A stretch of DNA of 63,894 bases, counting the filler, from Saprolegnia diclina VS20 (taxonomy: Eukaryota), in NCBI RefSeq assembly GCF_000281045.1. It is 8 parts of 4 records of this genome, joined end to end, with 100 filler letters (N's around TTAATTAATTAA, not from the genome) between each part and the next. Parts side by side here need not be neighbours in the genome. Positions count along the whole stretch, not along the records: positions 36,289 to 45,189 come from NW_008246170.1; positions 45,290 to 52,875 come from NW_008246171.1; 6 more parts are not named here. One strand, given 5' to 3'. Below the pieces are notes generated by a model that saw nothing but the letters and a program-made list of their open reading frames with translations, had not been told where the DNA came from and ran no database searches. Position 1 is the first letter of the stretch. Each line of letters begins with the position of its first letter. Position numbers and translations under genes: made by a program. Of the stretch, positions 36,940 through 48,779 are shown one piece after another.

Positions 36940-37318
36940 NNNNNNNNNNNNNNNNNNNNNNNNNNNNNNNNNNNNNNNNNNNNNNNNNNNNNNNNNNNNN
37001 NNNNNNNNNNNNNNNNNNNNNNNNNNNNNNNNNNNNNNNGCACGTGATGGTTGCCGCATCGCAGAATGACGCAGAGAGACTCGCACAAGCCGTCGCTTCC
37101 AACCTTACCGACGACAAGGTATATGACACTCACTCACCCAACCCCTTCACACCTTTGGCGTGTAGTCGACGACGTCAACCTCTTTGACGTCGATGTCCAC
37201 CAGCCGCGAAACCACGGCGATGGCGCCGCCCTTGAAGCACTCGGTCAGCAGCAGCTCGAGCTCGGTAATGTGCTGGGATTGTCTTGAACGTCTCTGTTGA
37301 AACGATACTGTGTAGTCC

Positions 37319-37648
37319 ATGTCATCGTCCTCGTCACGGACAATGTCCAGCAGTGTACCATGTTCAGTGTGCAAGACGCGCTACGCTATATCTGCCGAGC
37401 GCTGCAGCAAGTGCAACGAAATGCTGCCGGACGCATCCGCCAAGCTCACGCTTTTGCTCAAGCGCGCCAAGGTGGCCAACGCCAACGGCTTCTCGGTCGA
37501 CGTCTCGATCGAATGTGGTTGCGAGGCGATCTACGCCATGACGGATGCGACGTGCACCGACCCCGATTGCGGCGACGACCTGCCGGACGACGCCGAGAAG
37601 CTGCGCATCCTCGCACGTCGCTTGGACATGGCCACGGGCGCCATGTAA
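37319..37648 (+). CDS. Terminal exon encoding a tandem zinc-ribbon-like domain
   Basis: CSVC-x8-CSKC...LPD..KL.LL.R followed by CGC...CTDPDC...LPDDAEKLRILARR; paralog at 44460-44620 (-). Confidence 0.65.
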   Translation: MSSSSSRTMSSSVPCSVCKTRYAISAERCSKCNEMLPDASAKLTLLLKRAKVANANGFSVDVSIECGCEAIYAMTDATCTDPDCGDDLPDDAEKLRILARRLDMATGAM

Positions 37649-37926
37649 GCTGCATCCGAGAGATCCATTTGGCTTTACCGAAGACTAGAACGTTTGTTTC
37701 TGCATGTAATCTCCATTTCTTTCGAATACATTTGTCTCGCACTCGCAATTTATGACTTTACGACTCGACCGTCAACGAAAAGACGGATTTCCCACACAAT
37801 CCCTTTACACTCCGGCTCAAGCCACCAACGAGGGCTATCTTGTCGAGTGCCCCAAAACGACATTTGCAATAGCAGCAGTATATATGTACTATACTAGTAC
37901 AACTATTGAACAATAGCATAAAGACG

Positions 37927-40900
37927 CTACGTGATCGGCTGCACCGCGCGCCACTGCTCGAGGAGCGTCGCCATGGTTGCACACGGCGTCGCCAGCACAT
38001 CAACAGGCGTTCCCAACGCTGCCACGCGTCCGTGCTCCAAGATGAGGACGCGGTCCGACGTCAGGATCGTGTTGAGCCGATGCGTCACTGTGAGCACCGT
38101 GCGCTCAGCACACTCGGCCCGCACCGCCTGTCGCAAGCTCTCGATAGGTATCTCGCGACACAAATGACGTACCTCTTGGAGCGCATAGTCCTTTGGCGTC
38201 GCCCACGAGACCGCCGCGGGCTCGTCCAGACACACGATCGACGCGTTCTTGAGCCAAATGCGCGCGCAGCAGAGCAGCTGTCGCTCGATGACGGTAAAGT
38301 TGCGGCCGCGCGTCGTCACCGGCTCATCCAGTGACGAAACCATACTCACGAGCTGGGCGCGGCGCAGTGCCGCCCAAAGGCGGTCATCGCCAAAGATGCC
38401 AAATGGATCCAAGTTGCTGCGCACCGTGCCTAGTATCAATGTATCAACGTATCAGAGACACCATAGGAGATCCGTGGTGGTACCTGAAAAGAGAATCGGG
38501 TCTTGGGGAATGTACGCGACTTGGCGCCGGGCATCGTGAAGCCCCATCGATGCAATGTCGACACCATCGATGCGAATGACGCCAGCGTCGAGCTCAAGCA
38601 GACGCATCAGCGCCATCACAAGGCTGCTTTTGCCCGACCCCGATGCGCCCACCACGGCGATCTTCTCGTGGGCGACGACGTCGAACGAGAGGTGGGTCAG
38701 CGCCGGCGCCTCGTGTGGCTGGTAGCGCACTTCAACATTCTCAAACGTCAGGCGACCGCGCTTCTCACTCTCGAGGCCACGAAGCGAGAGGTCGCTTGTC
38801 AGCGGCGCCTCCATCGGGAGGTTGTCATAGCTCTCGAGTCGCTGCAGCGCAGCATGGGAGCCTTGCACTTGAGCTAGGACGCGCAGTGCCCAGTGAAGCG
38901 TCGGTGTCAGCTGCAGAGCGTAGTAGAGAGCCATCGCCACTAGCGGCAAGGGCGCCATGCCGGAGGCTTTCGAGTTGACGACAAGGGCAGCAGCCAAGGC
39001 ACTCAGCGTCGCGCCAAGCCACTCGACCCGGACTGCGAGCCAGTGGTTGGTCGCCGTCACCACCACGTGCACGCGCTGATGCGCATCAAGGAGCGCGTAG
39101 TAGTTGGCGCTGCAGTGGCCCTCGATGCGGTAGGCGTGAAGCGACCGAAGACCGAGAAGGCACTCGCGGACGTACGCCGTCATCGCCTCCCGCGTGGCCG
39201 CTTCGAGTCGTTGGAGGGCGTTGGCCGACGGCACGTACGCTCGCTGCAGTGCGTAGAGCGCCGCCATTGCTGGAAGGACGGCCAGTGCGAACCACGGCGT
39301 CACGAGCATGACAAGACCAACGGTTGTCCCGATAAGCAAAAGCGTGTGCAGTAGCATGTGCATGGTCGACGGCACCTCGAGGTCGACGACGGCGATGTCG
39401 GACGCCAGCGTTGCGAGCAGCGCCGAGACGGGTGATGGCTCGAAAAAGCTGAGCGGAGCGCGGAGAAGGTGCCACAGCGAAGTGTGAAAGAGGCGCTGGC
39501 TGCCGACGCGACCTCGACGGTACGAGATGGCCGACCGCATGTAGAGCAGACCAATATACAGCGCATGTCCCGTAGCAAAGACGTAGAGACCGAGGAGCGA
39601 CTCGTCAAAGCCGAGGTACGATGTCGCAAGAACCGTGGTGGCCTGGGCACTCAGATACCAAACGAACGATGTGGCGGCGAGGCCATAGCCGCCACATGCT
39701 CGTAGGTACCGCTTGTAGACGCCCGAGTGCTCTTTGAGGCTTGCGACAGCGTCCGTGAGCGTCGGCAACAGCGGCGTTGGGTCGGGCGACACGAAATCTT
39801 GTCCTGTTGGCGCGGGTTCAAGTCTCACTGCTGCATCGTCGAGTAGCGTGTGCGACTGCAGTAGGTCGTGGATCGGTCCGTCGTCACAGAGCACGGTTGT
39901 GATCGAGCCTTGCTCAACGACGACACCATCCTCGAGCAGCACGACCGAGTCGCAGAGTGGGACAAACGCCAAGGCATTCGTGACCCAGAGGATGCACTTG
40001 CGCCGGAGAAGACCGCGGAGGCAGCGACCAAAGATATGGTCGCGTGTCGCAGAGGCCATGGACGCAAAAATGTCATCTAGTAGGTAGACGTCCGCATTTT
40101 GGTAGACCGCACGAGCCAGCGCGATGCGCACGTGCAGACTCGGGTCCACCGAAGCCGGAACGCTGTCCATGTTGGTCTCGTCGTGGTCGGGGAAGAGCGC
40201 GCTGTTGTCGAGCACGAGCGACGTCAGACCCGTAACGTCCATGACGCACGCGTACCAGGACGCCTCCCACGGCTTGCCAAACAACACGTTCTCCTTGATG
40301 CTTGTGTGGCGCAAGAATGGCTTTTGCGCGACGTACGCAAAGGCGCCGCGGGCCATGACGCGGCCCGACGTGCAGTGGACCTCGTTGAGGAGCGCGTTGA
40401 GCAGCGTCGACTTGCCACTGTTGTGCGGGCCAAGAATCGCGCAGAGCTCGCCGGCGCGGACGTAGAGGTCGATGCCCCGCATCTGCCAGAGGCCATTCGA
40501 TGCTGACGAGAACGAGGCTTCGGCCGCGTCTATCGATGGCAGCTGCCAGCTCAAGTCGGCGTCTTCAAAGCGCACTCCAATCGCACTGAGCGTTCCGACC
40601 GTGAGCCGTCGTTGGTCGACCTCAACAAGAAAGGCTGTGATGCGATCCAAGCTCGCCGACGCTTCTGAGAGCGTCGAGAACACCTGCGGCAAGAGCGCGA
40701 TCGGTGTCCGGAGCATCTGGAGAAGCAGCAAGCTCGGAAGGACGGTCGCCAAGTTCAGCGCTGCGCCCGTGAGATAGACGTGGCTCCCCATCACGGCCAT
40801 TGCCATGAGAAGCGGCGTCGCGTCAAATAGCGTGGTCGAAAGACTGCGGAGCCGGGCGACGAGCGTCAGTTGCTTGAGCTCGGCGTCGCGCAAGGTCGAC

Positions 40901-41876
40901 AGGCGCGCGAGGCAGTGCTCTTCCCACGTCTGCATCTTGACCATCTAGAGATCGCATGACAATAGCTTCCAACAAGCCGATTAATGGACCTTGAGACCGC
41001 GCAGTGTCTCGTCGCATGTGTGCTGGCGCGACGATGCAAGCGTGTGCAGCTGGGCGTGCGCGGCCGTGGCTTTGGTCGCGAGGCAGGAGCTGAGCGGCGT
41101 CATAATGACAGCAACAGCAATGCCCACAAAGGTAGCGACGCCAACAAACGAGTAGAGCAAGTACGTGGCCATGCAGATCTACATATATCGTAAGAAAAGT
41201 TTCAATCTGTCAAAAGAGTATCAACCTGCAGCGTCGCGTACCACAGCGCGTGGAGATACGGCGACGCATCGCGGAGCTTTTGGACGTCGGTCGTGACGAG
41301 GCCCACGATCGAAGCAGACGACGTCTGCTGCCGCACCGAGAGCGCGAGGTGCAGCGCCTTGTCGTACGTCATTGCCACGAGCGCACTCTTGACGTACAGG
41401 CCAACGTCGGCGCAGTAGCAAAAGTACTGGCGCAGAAATGCCGACTGCGCGAGGCTAACGCCAAAGAGGATACTCACGTACATGTAGCCTTGTGCCATTG
41501 GCACGTCCGACGCCATAAAGTGCAGCAGCGCGGCCAAGACCATGGGTGTGACGAACTGGAGCACGTCGGCGAGCAGCTTCATGCAGCCAGCGAGGAAGAA
41601 GGGTCGACCAAACGCCTTGAGGAGGCAGAGCCAGACGCGCGGCTGGACGCGACGCTTCTCGGGGCCCCACTGCTGCTTGAAGTGGAGCGCGATAACGTGG
41701 GCGCGGCTGGCCGGGTCCAGCGAGCAGAGGTCGTCCATCTCGAGCGGGCGCGCCTGGCCGAGGTAGAGCAATGGCGTGAGCCACGACACCCATAGCGCAT
41801 GGCGGCTGCCGCCGGCTATGGGCGGCCTCGACGCGCTGGGGCGACGCCCGCCATGCAGCAGCGGCTTGGACTCCAT
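37927..41876 (-). CDS. ABCC/MRP-family ABC transporter (TMD-NBD-TMD-NBD), spliced
   Basis: WVSWLTPLL lasso motif, GPHNSGKST, YLLDDIF, GASGSGKSS, IPQDPILFSGTVRSNLDPF, CLDE, VTHRL. Confidence 0.9.
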
Positions 41877-42019
41877 CGTCGCTTCGCCTCGACCGTTGCG
41901 ATCTTCCACGATCTTTGGTGGCTGGCGACCTGCGAGATTCGATATCATATGCATTGCAGGAGGTTTCGGACACTCCGGCTGGTCATCTGCAAGTTGATCG
42001 CAGTGGACCAATACACTGG

Positions 42020-43919
42020 ATGAACTCGAAGGTACCGAGATGATGCACGCCCGTGGCGACACGCAGACCTAGGGCGGGCAACTCTTTTTCGCGGCGCTTG
42101 AAGGCCGCCTCGACGACGTCACGAGGTTGTTGGACGACGGTGTCGCCGCCGACTGGACGTGCGCGGTACGCAGATGCGCACACGCTGCGTACTCACCGTG
42201 CCATGCTCAGGCGTTGGCTGGCTCCACTGCGCTCTTTGGGGCGAGCCAGAATGGGCACGATGCAGTCGTTTGCGCGCTATTGGCTGCCAACGCCGCCGTG
42301 AACCATACCACGCATGTATGTCGTCTTGCACCCAACGGTGTTTTCGATCATGGCGTAGGAGGGCGAAACCACTTTGATGCCGGCTGCGACGCTCGGCCAC
42401 GATGCCGTCGTATGCACGCTACTCGCAGCTCAAGCGGACGTCAACCAAGCCATGACGGTTTGCATCGCCCTTTTTAGCAGCCATACTGACTGTACTATGT
42501 GTAGGATACGTCGACGGCACTGGCGTTTGCTGCGTGCAATGGTCACCGAGCGATTGTCGACATGCTCGTCGCGGCCAATGCCACCGTCGACGCTCAAGTG
42601 ACGGTCCGACGTTTTTTGTTTCTCGAGTTTTCGCACATTTTGCATCAATAGGCGGGGGCCACCCGCTTGTTTTTGGCAGCCCAGTGCGGGCATGCCGATG
42701 TAGTCGCGTCGCTTTTGGCAGCAAATGCGTTCGTCGACCACGCCATCGAGGTATCGTCGTCGTTGTGCATTTTTCTTGAACAAGGTGGGAATAATGTGGC
42801 AGAACGGATTCACGCCGCTGATGATCGCCGTCAAAAATGGTCATTTTGCGGTCGTTGAGGCCCTCCTCGCGGCCAATGCCTCTGTCGACCACGCAACGAG
42901 CGTACGCTTTTACTAGCGTCGTGTGAGGCTCTCAAAACGATGGCGTAGAAGGGCGAGACGGCGCTGCTCTTTGCAGTCAAATATGGTCTAACTTCGGTGG
43001 TCACAGCGCTTTTGAAGGCGCACGCGTGCGTCAACCAAGCCGGCCACGAACTCGTGCGACGTTTCCGAGTGTTGCGATCCTGTCTCTAGAACGATGTTTA
43101 GGACCGAGCGACGCCACTCGCCATCGCCTCGGACATCGGTCACCTTCCCATTGTGATGGCGCTCTTGGGCGCCAACGCGGCTGTGGACCAAACCAATTCG
43201 GTATTTCACACTTCTGTACGGTGCAAAATGATTTTTGCGATGATGACCTTAGAATGGGACGACACCCCTCTTTCTCGCGGCCCAAAATGGTCATGACGCA
43301 GTGGTCGCAGCGCTTCTTGCGGCCAACGCCGCAGTCAACCACGCCAACGACGTATGTTCCCATCGACTGCCCGCTTTTTTTTTAATGTTGACACCAGGAT
43401 GGCCCGACGGCCCTATTCATCGCGTCTCAGAACGGGCACGGTGCCGTCGTCGCATCGCTCCTTGCAGCACATGCTGCCGTGAACCAAGCCGACAAAGTAC
43501 GTTCTCCGTGTCCCCGATTTTATCCTTAATTTTTGGCTCGAGGATGGCGCGACGGCCCTTCTTATGGCGTCCCATATTTCTTCCTACACTGAGTAATTAC
43601 GTCGTAGGCGGGGGCGTCCCCCTTGCTTTTGGCTGCCCAGAACGGACATGCCCAGGTAGTGTCGACGCTCCTGGCGCACAAGGCCAACGTCCACCTCGCC
43701 AGCTTTGTACGCATCATCCTCTTGTGTTGTTGTCTGCATTGTGCAACGTAGAATGGAGAGACCGCTCTTGATTTCGCGACGCGCTTCGGCCACGTGCATG
43801 TCGCCCGACAACTTGTGAGCGCTGGCGCGTTCGTGAACCAGCGCGCCGACGAGACGCCACCGACAGCGCCGCCTGCCCGACGCCAGCGCCTCGCCAAAAC
43901 GGCCCGAATCGAAAAGTAG
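42020..43919 (+). CDS. 13-exon ankyrin-repeat protein, one repeat per exon
   Basis: Manual model, all introns phase 0; eight exons exactly 99 nt (e.g. 42359-42457, 42505-42603, 43253-43351); ends ...TARIEK stop. Confidence 0.85.
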
Positions 43920-44117
43920 AAGCAACACCTGATGTACTACACACACGACAATACTGACGACGTTACGACCACTCTTACCAGTAAAAGCAAGCAACCCGCA
44001 ACCATACATCTAGGTCACCGCAGAGTTGAGCCTCGCCAGGACCACCTTTGTGGCGGCACCAGTATGGACCAACCACAGTCGCCATCTCGACGTCCTTCAA
44101 TCGCAAGATACGTATTT

Positions 44118-44297
44118 AGAGCTTGCGACGGGCGAGTGTGCCGAGCGCACGGTGCTCACAGTGACCCATCGGCTCAATCCTGACGTCGGACCGCGTCCTT
44201 ATCTTGGAGCACGGACGTTTGGCCGAAATGGGACCCCTGTCGAAGTTCTGGCGACGCCGTGTGCGACCAGGACGACGCTCCTCGAGCAGTGGCGCGC
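44118..44297 (+). pseudogene. Inverted duplicate of the ABCC gene 3' end
   Basis: ECAERTVLTVTHRLN...LATPCAT..TLLEQWRA matches the reverse complement of 37947-38142 with indels. Confidence 0.85.
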
Positions 44298-44459
44298 TGC
44301 GTATTTCTCGACAAGGATTCCACAGCATTCATGCACACACGGCCTTAGTTGATAGGATTTGATGATGCTAAAAGCCTTGGAATTACGTGGCAGCGACAAA
44401 GTGTGGTGCAGTTATGATCAGCGTTCGTGGGCTGACATTGACGCTCTGGACACTGAAGC

Positions 44460-44620
44460 TCACGCCGCGTTGGTCGCAAGGTCAAAGCGACGGGCGAGGA
44501 TGCGCAGCTTCTCAGCGTCGTCCAGAAGCTCCTCGCCGCACTCGGGATCGATACACGTCGGCGCCGTCATGATGTTGGTCGTCTCGCAAATGTCGCAGTC
44601 GATGCACAGGTTGATCGAGA
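44460..44620 (-). CDS. Second zinc-ribbon-like terminal exon (5' part in gap)
   Basis: SINLCIDCDICETTNIMTAPTCIDPECGEELLDDAEKLRILARRFDLATNAA stop. Confidence 0.7.
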
Positions 44621-44720
44621 NNNNNNNNNNNNNNNNNNNNNNNNNNNNNNNNNNNNNNNNNNNNNNNNNNNNNNNNNNNNNNNNNNNNNNNNNNNNNNNN
44701 NNNNNNNNNNNNNNNNNNNN

Positions 44721-45189
44721 CAGTCCACTGTGTGCTGCGTCACGTCGTGGTCATCCCACAACGGTGCATGAGGTTTCAAATTCTGTCGTTGTATCAACGA
44801 GTTATATTGTAGGTTGGTGACACCCCACTTTTGATGGCGACACTGCACGGTCACCTCGATATTGTGCAACGTCTTCTCGACGCTGGCGCGGACGTGAACC
44901 TGAGTCTTCAGGTCGGCTTCAATACTAAAGGCCAAAAAATCTTGGTACTGGCTCGTATCTCTGCAACGATATTCTTTACTTCGTGCTAGGCGGGTACAAC
45001 GCCGCTTCTACTGGCCGTCCAATTTGGCCACATTGATGTGACTCGGGCTTTGCTGCGTCATCATCCCAACCTCCAAGCCACCGATGCTGTACGAAAGGAA
45101 GTTCGCCCACCTCTCAGCTTTACCTTGCTAATTAGGACGGCAACACGGCCCTTGCGATGGCCACGCAGCGTGGGCACACGACTATCGTG
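44721..45189 (+). CDS. Ankyrin-repeat gene fragment between gaps
   Basis: SPLCAASRRGH, GDTPLLMATLHGHL, GTTPLLLAVQFGH, GNTALAMATQRGH exons. Confidence 0.7.
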
Positions 45190-45289
45190 NNNNNNNNNNN
45201 NNNNNNNNNNNNNNNNNNNNNNNNNNNNNNNNNTTAATTAATTAANNNNNNNNNNNNNNNNNNNNNNNNNNNNNNNNNNNNNNNNNNNN

Positions 45290-46996
45290 ACACTGGCCCT
45301 TCTCGGGGCCACGGACGTCGTCGCAGTTGCCGCCGAGATCTTTGCAGCCTTTCGCGATCGCGATTTGAGTCCGCTGCGCTTGGTGACGAGCGGCGAACGC
45401 CTCCAGCTCTACGTAGCCGTGACGTCGGCTTCGGTTTTCCCCGCGATCGCCGCCGCGCTCCTCGCATCGTCGGACCCGCAGCTCGTCTGCCTCTTCCTCG
45501 AGACGTACTTGACGCTGCAGTCGGACGTGGCACTTTCGACCGCCAGCACCTGGATCCACGGAACCTTGACCAAGTTTGGTTGGGAACGTCTGCTATCGCC
45601 ATTGCTCTCGCTGCTCGATCGCTGGAGTCCGACGCACCTCGCACAAGCCTTTCAGCTCGTCGCCAGTCTTGCTGGCGTAGACCCGACGCCGGTCTGCGCC
45701 CGGCTTCACTCGCCCTTCCTCGGCGAGCTCGTGCGCGCTTGCTACGAGGCCTTGCACGCGCAGCTCACGCAGCGTCTGCGCGCACCGATCACAGCGTACG
45801 CAGAGGCGACGTCGCTGTTGACGCGGAGCCTCCTGCTGGAACAGTACGTTCACGTCACGAGGTTCGAGGTCGTGGCAGGGACTTGGCTCTACGACCGGCT
45901 ACCGACGGCGCTGCTGCATGAGATTGCTGCATATGGCGCAACCGACGCGTGCACGATTGTGACGCTGGTGGCACAGCACCCGACGTCGTTTCCGCCGATC
46001 GCAGTCGTGGCACCGGCCGGGTGGGCCGTGCGCAACGTCAATCTCAATCTCGGGTCGCTTTTGCCCGATGTGGCGCGCAGCGGACCGCCCGCAGCGTTCG
46101 ACAATGCCGCGTGGGGCAGCGTCCTGCTCGTGGACGTCATGACGGCTACGCTTTTGACCGCGCGATGCGACGCGGTGGGATGGAGTCCGGCCTTTCTTGA
46201 GGCGTGCTACGTCCACGCCGGCCTCGCGCTGCTGCCCGCGCTTGTCGCTGCGCTATCGACGCATCCATCGCTAAGCGCAGAGGCGACTGTCGTAGCGATC
46301 CTTCAGCGCGCGCCCGAGGTCCTTCGCAGCAACACACCGTCCGACACCATCGGGCACCTCGCGCGGTACTACGCACAGCACGGTCGACCACAAGTCACGC
46401 CGCAGCGTCCACCATCGATGAGCGACGTCCAGCTGTATCTGCTGCTGACGGTCCTCGAGGCAGTGACGTCGACGGACCAGATTGACATATTGGTGGCCGG
46501 TGTGCTGCACGAGCTGGACGGCGCGCCGTGGGCCATTCACGCGTCCCGTGCAGTGATCTACCGCCTCTTCGCATCGTTTTCGCATCTTCTGCCGCCGCCT
46601 GCCCGGCTTCGCCTTGTCAACGCGTGCTTGGAAAACCACGTCACCGCGCTTCTAGTGCCGAGACGGGGGCTGGCCATGGACGACCTCTACGTGGGGTGCG
46701 ACTGCGTCGCGTGTACGAGGCTGCACCGTGAGCTCCTCACGTCCGACATGCGCTGCCTCCTCACCATGCAAGGAGTGGTCCCGCGCTGCCTACGTCAGCT
46801 TGTGCATGAGCACAGCGACCGTCTGGTTCTCGAGCACGAGTGTGCGACCGGCTACCGCGTCCGCAAGACGCCGCTGAGCTTGGTGCAAACGACCAATGGC
46901 CCCGACGGCGACCTGCGCCGCGTGATGGCGCTCCGAGAGTGGAAGACATTGACGCTGCAACCGCCGGTGAAGCGGCGCTGGTTCTGGCTCTTCTGA
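45290..46996 (+). CDS. Paralog of the 50075 protein (5' end in gap)
   Basis: Shares W-H-GW-L-DRWS-ASLAGVD-TPVC-LH-PF-EL block and C-terminal CDC motif with 50075-52875. Confidence 0.8.
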   Translation, partial: TLALLGATDVVAVAAEIFAAFRDRDLSPLRLVTSGERLQLYVAVTSASVFPAIAAALLASSDPQLVCLFLETYLTLQSDVALSTASTWIHGTLTKFGWERLLSPLLSLLDRWSPTHLAQAFQLVASLAGVDPTPVCARLHSPFLGELVRACYEALHAQLTQRLRAPITAYAEATSLLTRSLLLEQYVHVTRFEVVAGTWLYDRLPTALLHEIAAYGATDACTIVTLVAQHPTSFPPIAVVAPAGWAVRNVNLNLGSLLPDVARSGPPAAFDNAAWGSVLLVDVMTATLLTARCDAVGWSPAFLEACYVHAGLALLPALVAALSTHPSLSAEATVVAILQRAPEVLRSNTPSDTIGHLARYYAQHGRPQVTPQRPPSMSDVQLYLLLTVLEAVTSTDQIDILVAGVLHELDGAPWAIHASRAVIYRLFASFSHLLPPPARLRLVNACLENHVTALLVPRRGLAMDDLYVGCDCVACTRLHRELLTSDMRCLLTMQGVVPRCLRQLVHEHSDRLVLEHECATGYRVRKTPLSLVQTTNGPDGDLRRVMALREWKTLTLQPPVKRRWFWLF

Positions 46997-47232
46997 CGAC
47001 GGGCTGCATCGTTGGTCGACCAGAGATTGGAGTTTCTTCGAGTTGTGAGCACGAACCCGTCGTCCACTTATTGTTAGTTAATCAGTTATAAAGTGTTATG
47101 TAGTACTCGTCATGACGACTGGGTGATGCCGGGCTTATCGATATCTCCCATTGACAGGAAGATCTGCACGGCGCATCTCTTGCGGCGCCAAGGAGTGATT
47201 TGAAAGGTTTAGAAACGATATTAACTAACTGT

Positions 47233-48779
47233 TTACATGATCCAGCGCGAACGTTCGGCACCCACTTGGACGTCAATCGTGCCATTGGGATGCATCCCAA
47301 GCCGCCCGAACGCAGAGGCATGCAACTTGCTCACGGCAATGTCGGTGCGATGGTCGAGATACATTGCGTCCGACAAGCTAAGGCGGTAGGATGTGACGTT
47401 GTTGGGCGTATACGACAGCACGTAGCAGTCACTACCCCGGAAACTAAACGCGGCGTTGCGCTGCAGATGCTTGTGGGTCGTAAAGAGCTTGTAGATCGAT
47501 CCGCCTCGGAACGTTCTCGGTACCTGCTGCGCTCGTCAACAGCAGCCGCAGCCAAACACAAGACCGAGCAAGAGTCGGTGCTTCCAGTCGTTGTAGCTCA
47601 AACGGGCAAACGCACCGCCATCAATCGCACGGACGATCAGCGAGGAGCGGGAGATGACGCGCGAGAGCCGCCGGCCGGATGTGTGGGCCATGGAGCTGAT
47701 GCGACGGATCCACAAGCGACAAAGCACCTGACGTACGAGGCGTGTGAGCGCGGGCAATGCAAAGCTATAGACCAATGGAAACGCGCCGAGGACAATAGTG
47801 TACACAATAGCCGGCGGGATGTGTTCGACATAGTCCATCTCCTTGGATTGGGGTAAAAAGCACGTGTATAGCACGTGGTAGAGGTCGATAAAAAATGAGA
47901 GCCGAAGCTGATAGTACGTCAGCGGTCCCACAACGAGCGCGACGCCGATCGCGACGCCGGTCGGGTCGGCTTGGGCGCAATAGGACTCGAGCGCACACCG
48001 TCTTAGGACAAACCCACTGAGATTGAGCACGAGGTACCCAAACCAAACAGTCCGCGAGAGATACAAGGTTGAGATCGCGAATACCCACATGTCGGTGGTC
48101 TGGTCGATTCGGAAAATGCACTGGCCGACCGTCTCCAGACTGCACCAAAAATCCACGACAAAAAGAGCGCAAATCCACGTGTTTTGGAGAATGAAGCTCG
48201 TCGGATCTCCGACAATAATCTCCAAACGTTCGTGCTCGCCACATGCGCCGTATTGCCGCAGCCCCCTTGCGAGGGATCGGTAATGGACATAGTACGTCGT
48301 CCAGAGAAGGTACAGTATACGAAGCGTCATACCAAATCGAAAGCCAAACTTACAGTAGCGCCACACGGATGAGCCATGGTCGAGCTGGACCGCAAAGAAA
48401 ACATTGTCATGTGTGTCGATCCAGAGGACACCGATCGAGGACGGGAACCCGAAAAGCGTACCTGGCTGGACGAGCGCAGTGCTCGAGGCATTTCGGGTGC
48501 CGAGGCTGGCGTCATGGACCCAGAGACGCGATCGTTTCGAGTAGAAAAAGGCGCCAGGAAGGGTCGCGTAGGTAAACGACGCCTCGGTCAAGTGCTGGAG
48601 TGGACCAGAGAGAACATCGACGGCCTAGAGATTGAGAAGACAAATGAGATACTAGCCTGGTGGTGGCACTGCGCAGTACATGGAGGCGAGGTTGAGTAGA
48701 AAGACGCTGGAGAAGAAGACAGAGACCTTGTTGAAGGTCACGATGCGCATGGAAACCAGAGACGCACTGGGCCCTGCAT
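47233..48779 (-). pseudogene. Oomycete multi-TM family gene, probably pseudogenised
   Basis: EIIVGDPTS, YLSRTVWFGY, GGSIYKLF motifs; in-frame TGA at 47536-47538 with protein-like sequence continuing to 47233; apparent 5' frameshift. Confidence 0.65.

Noticed and set aside
42020..43919. Regular ~150-bp periodicity resembling a CRISPR-like array
   Set aside because: Explained by 99-nt ankyrin exons plus ~50-nt introns
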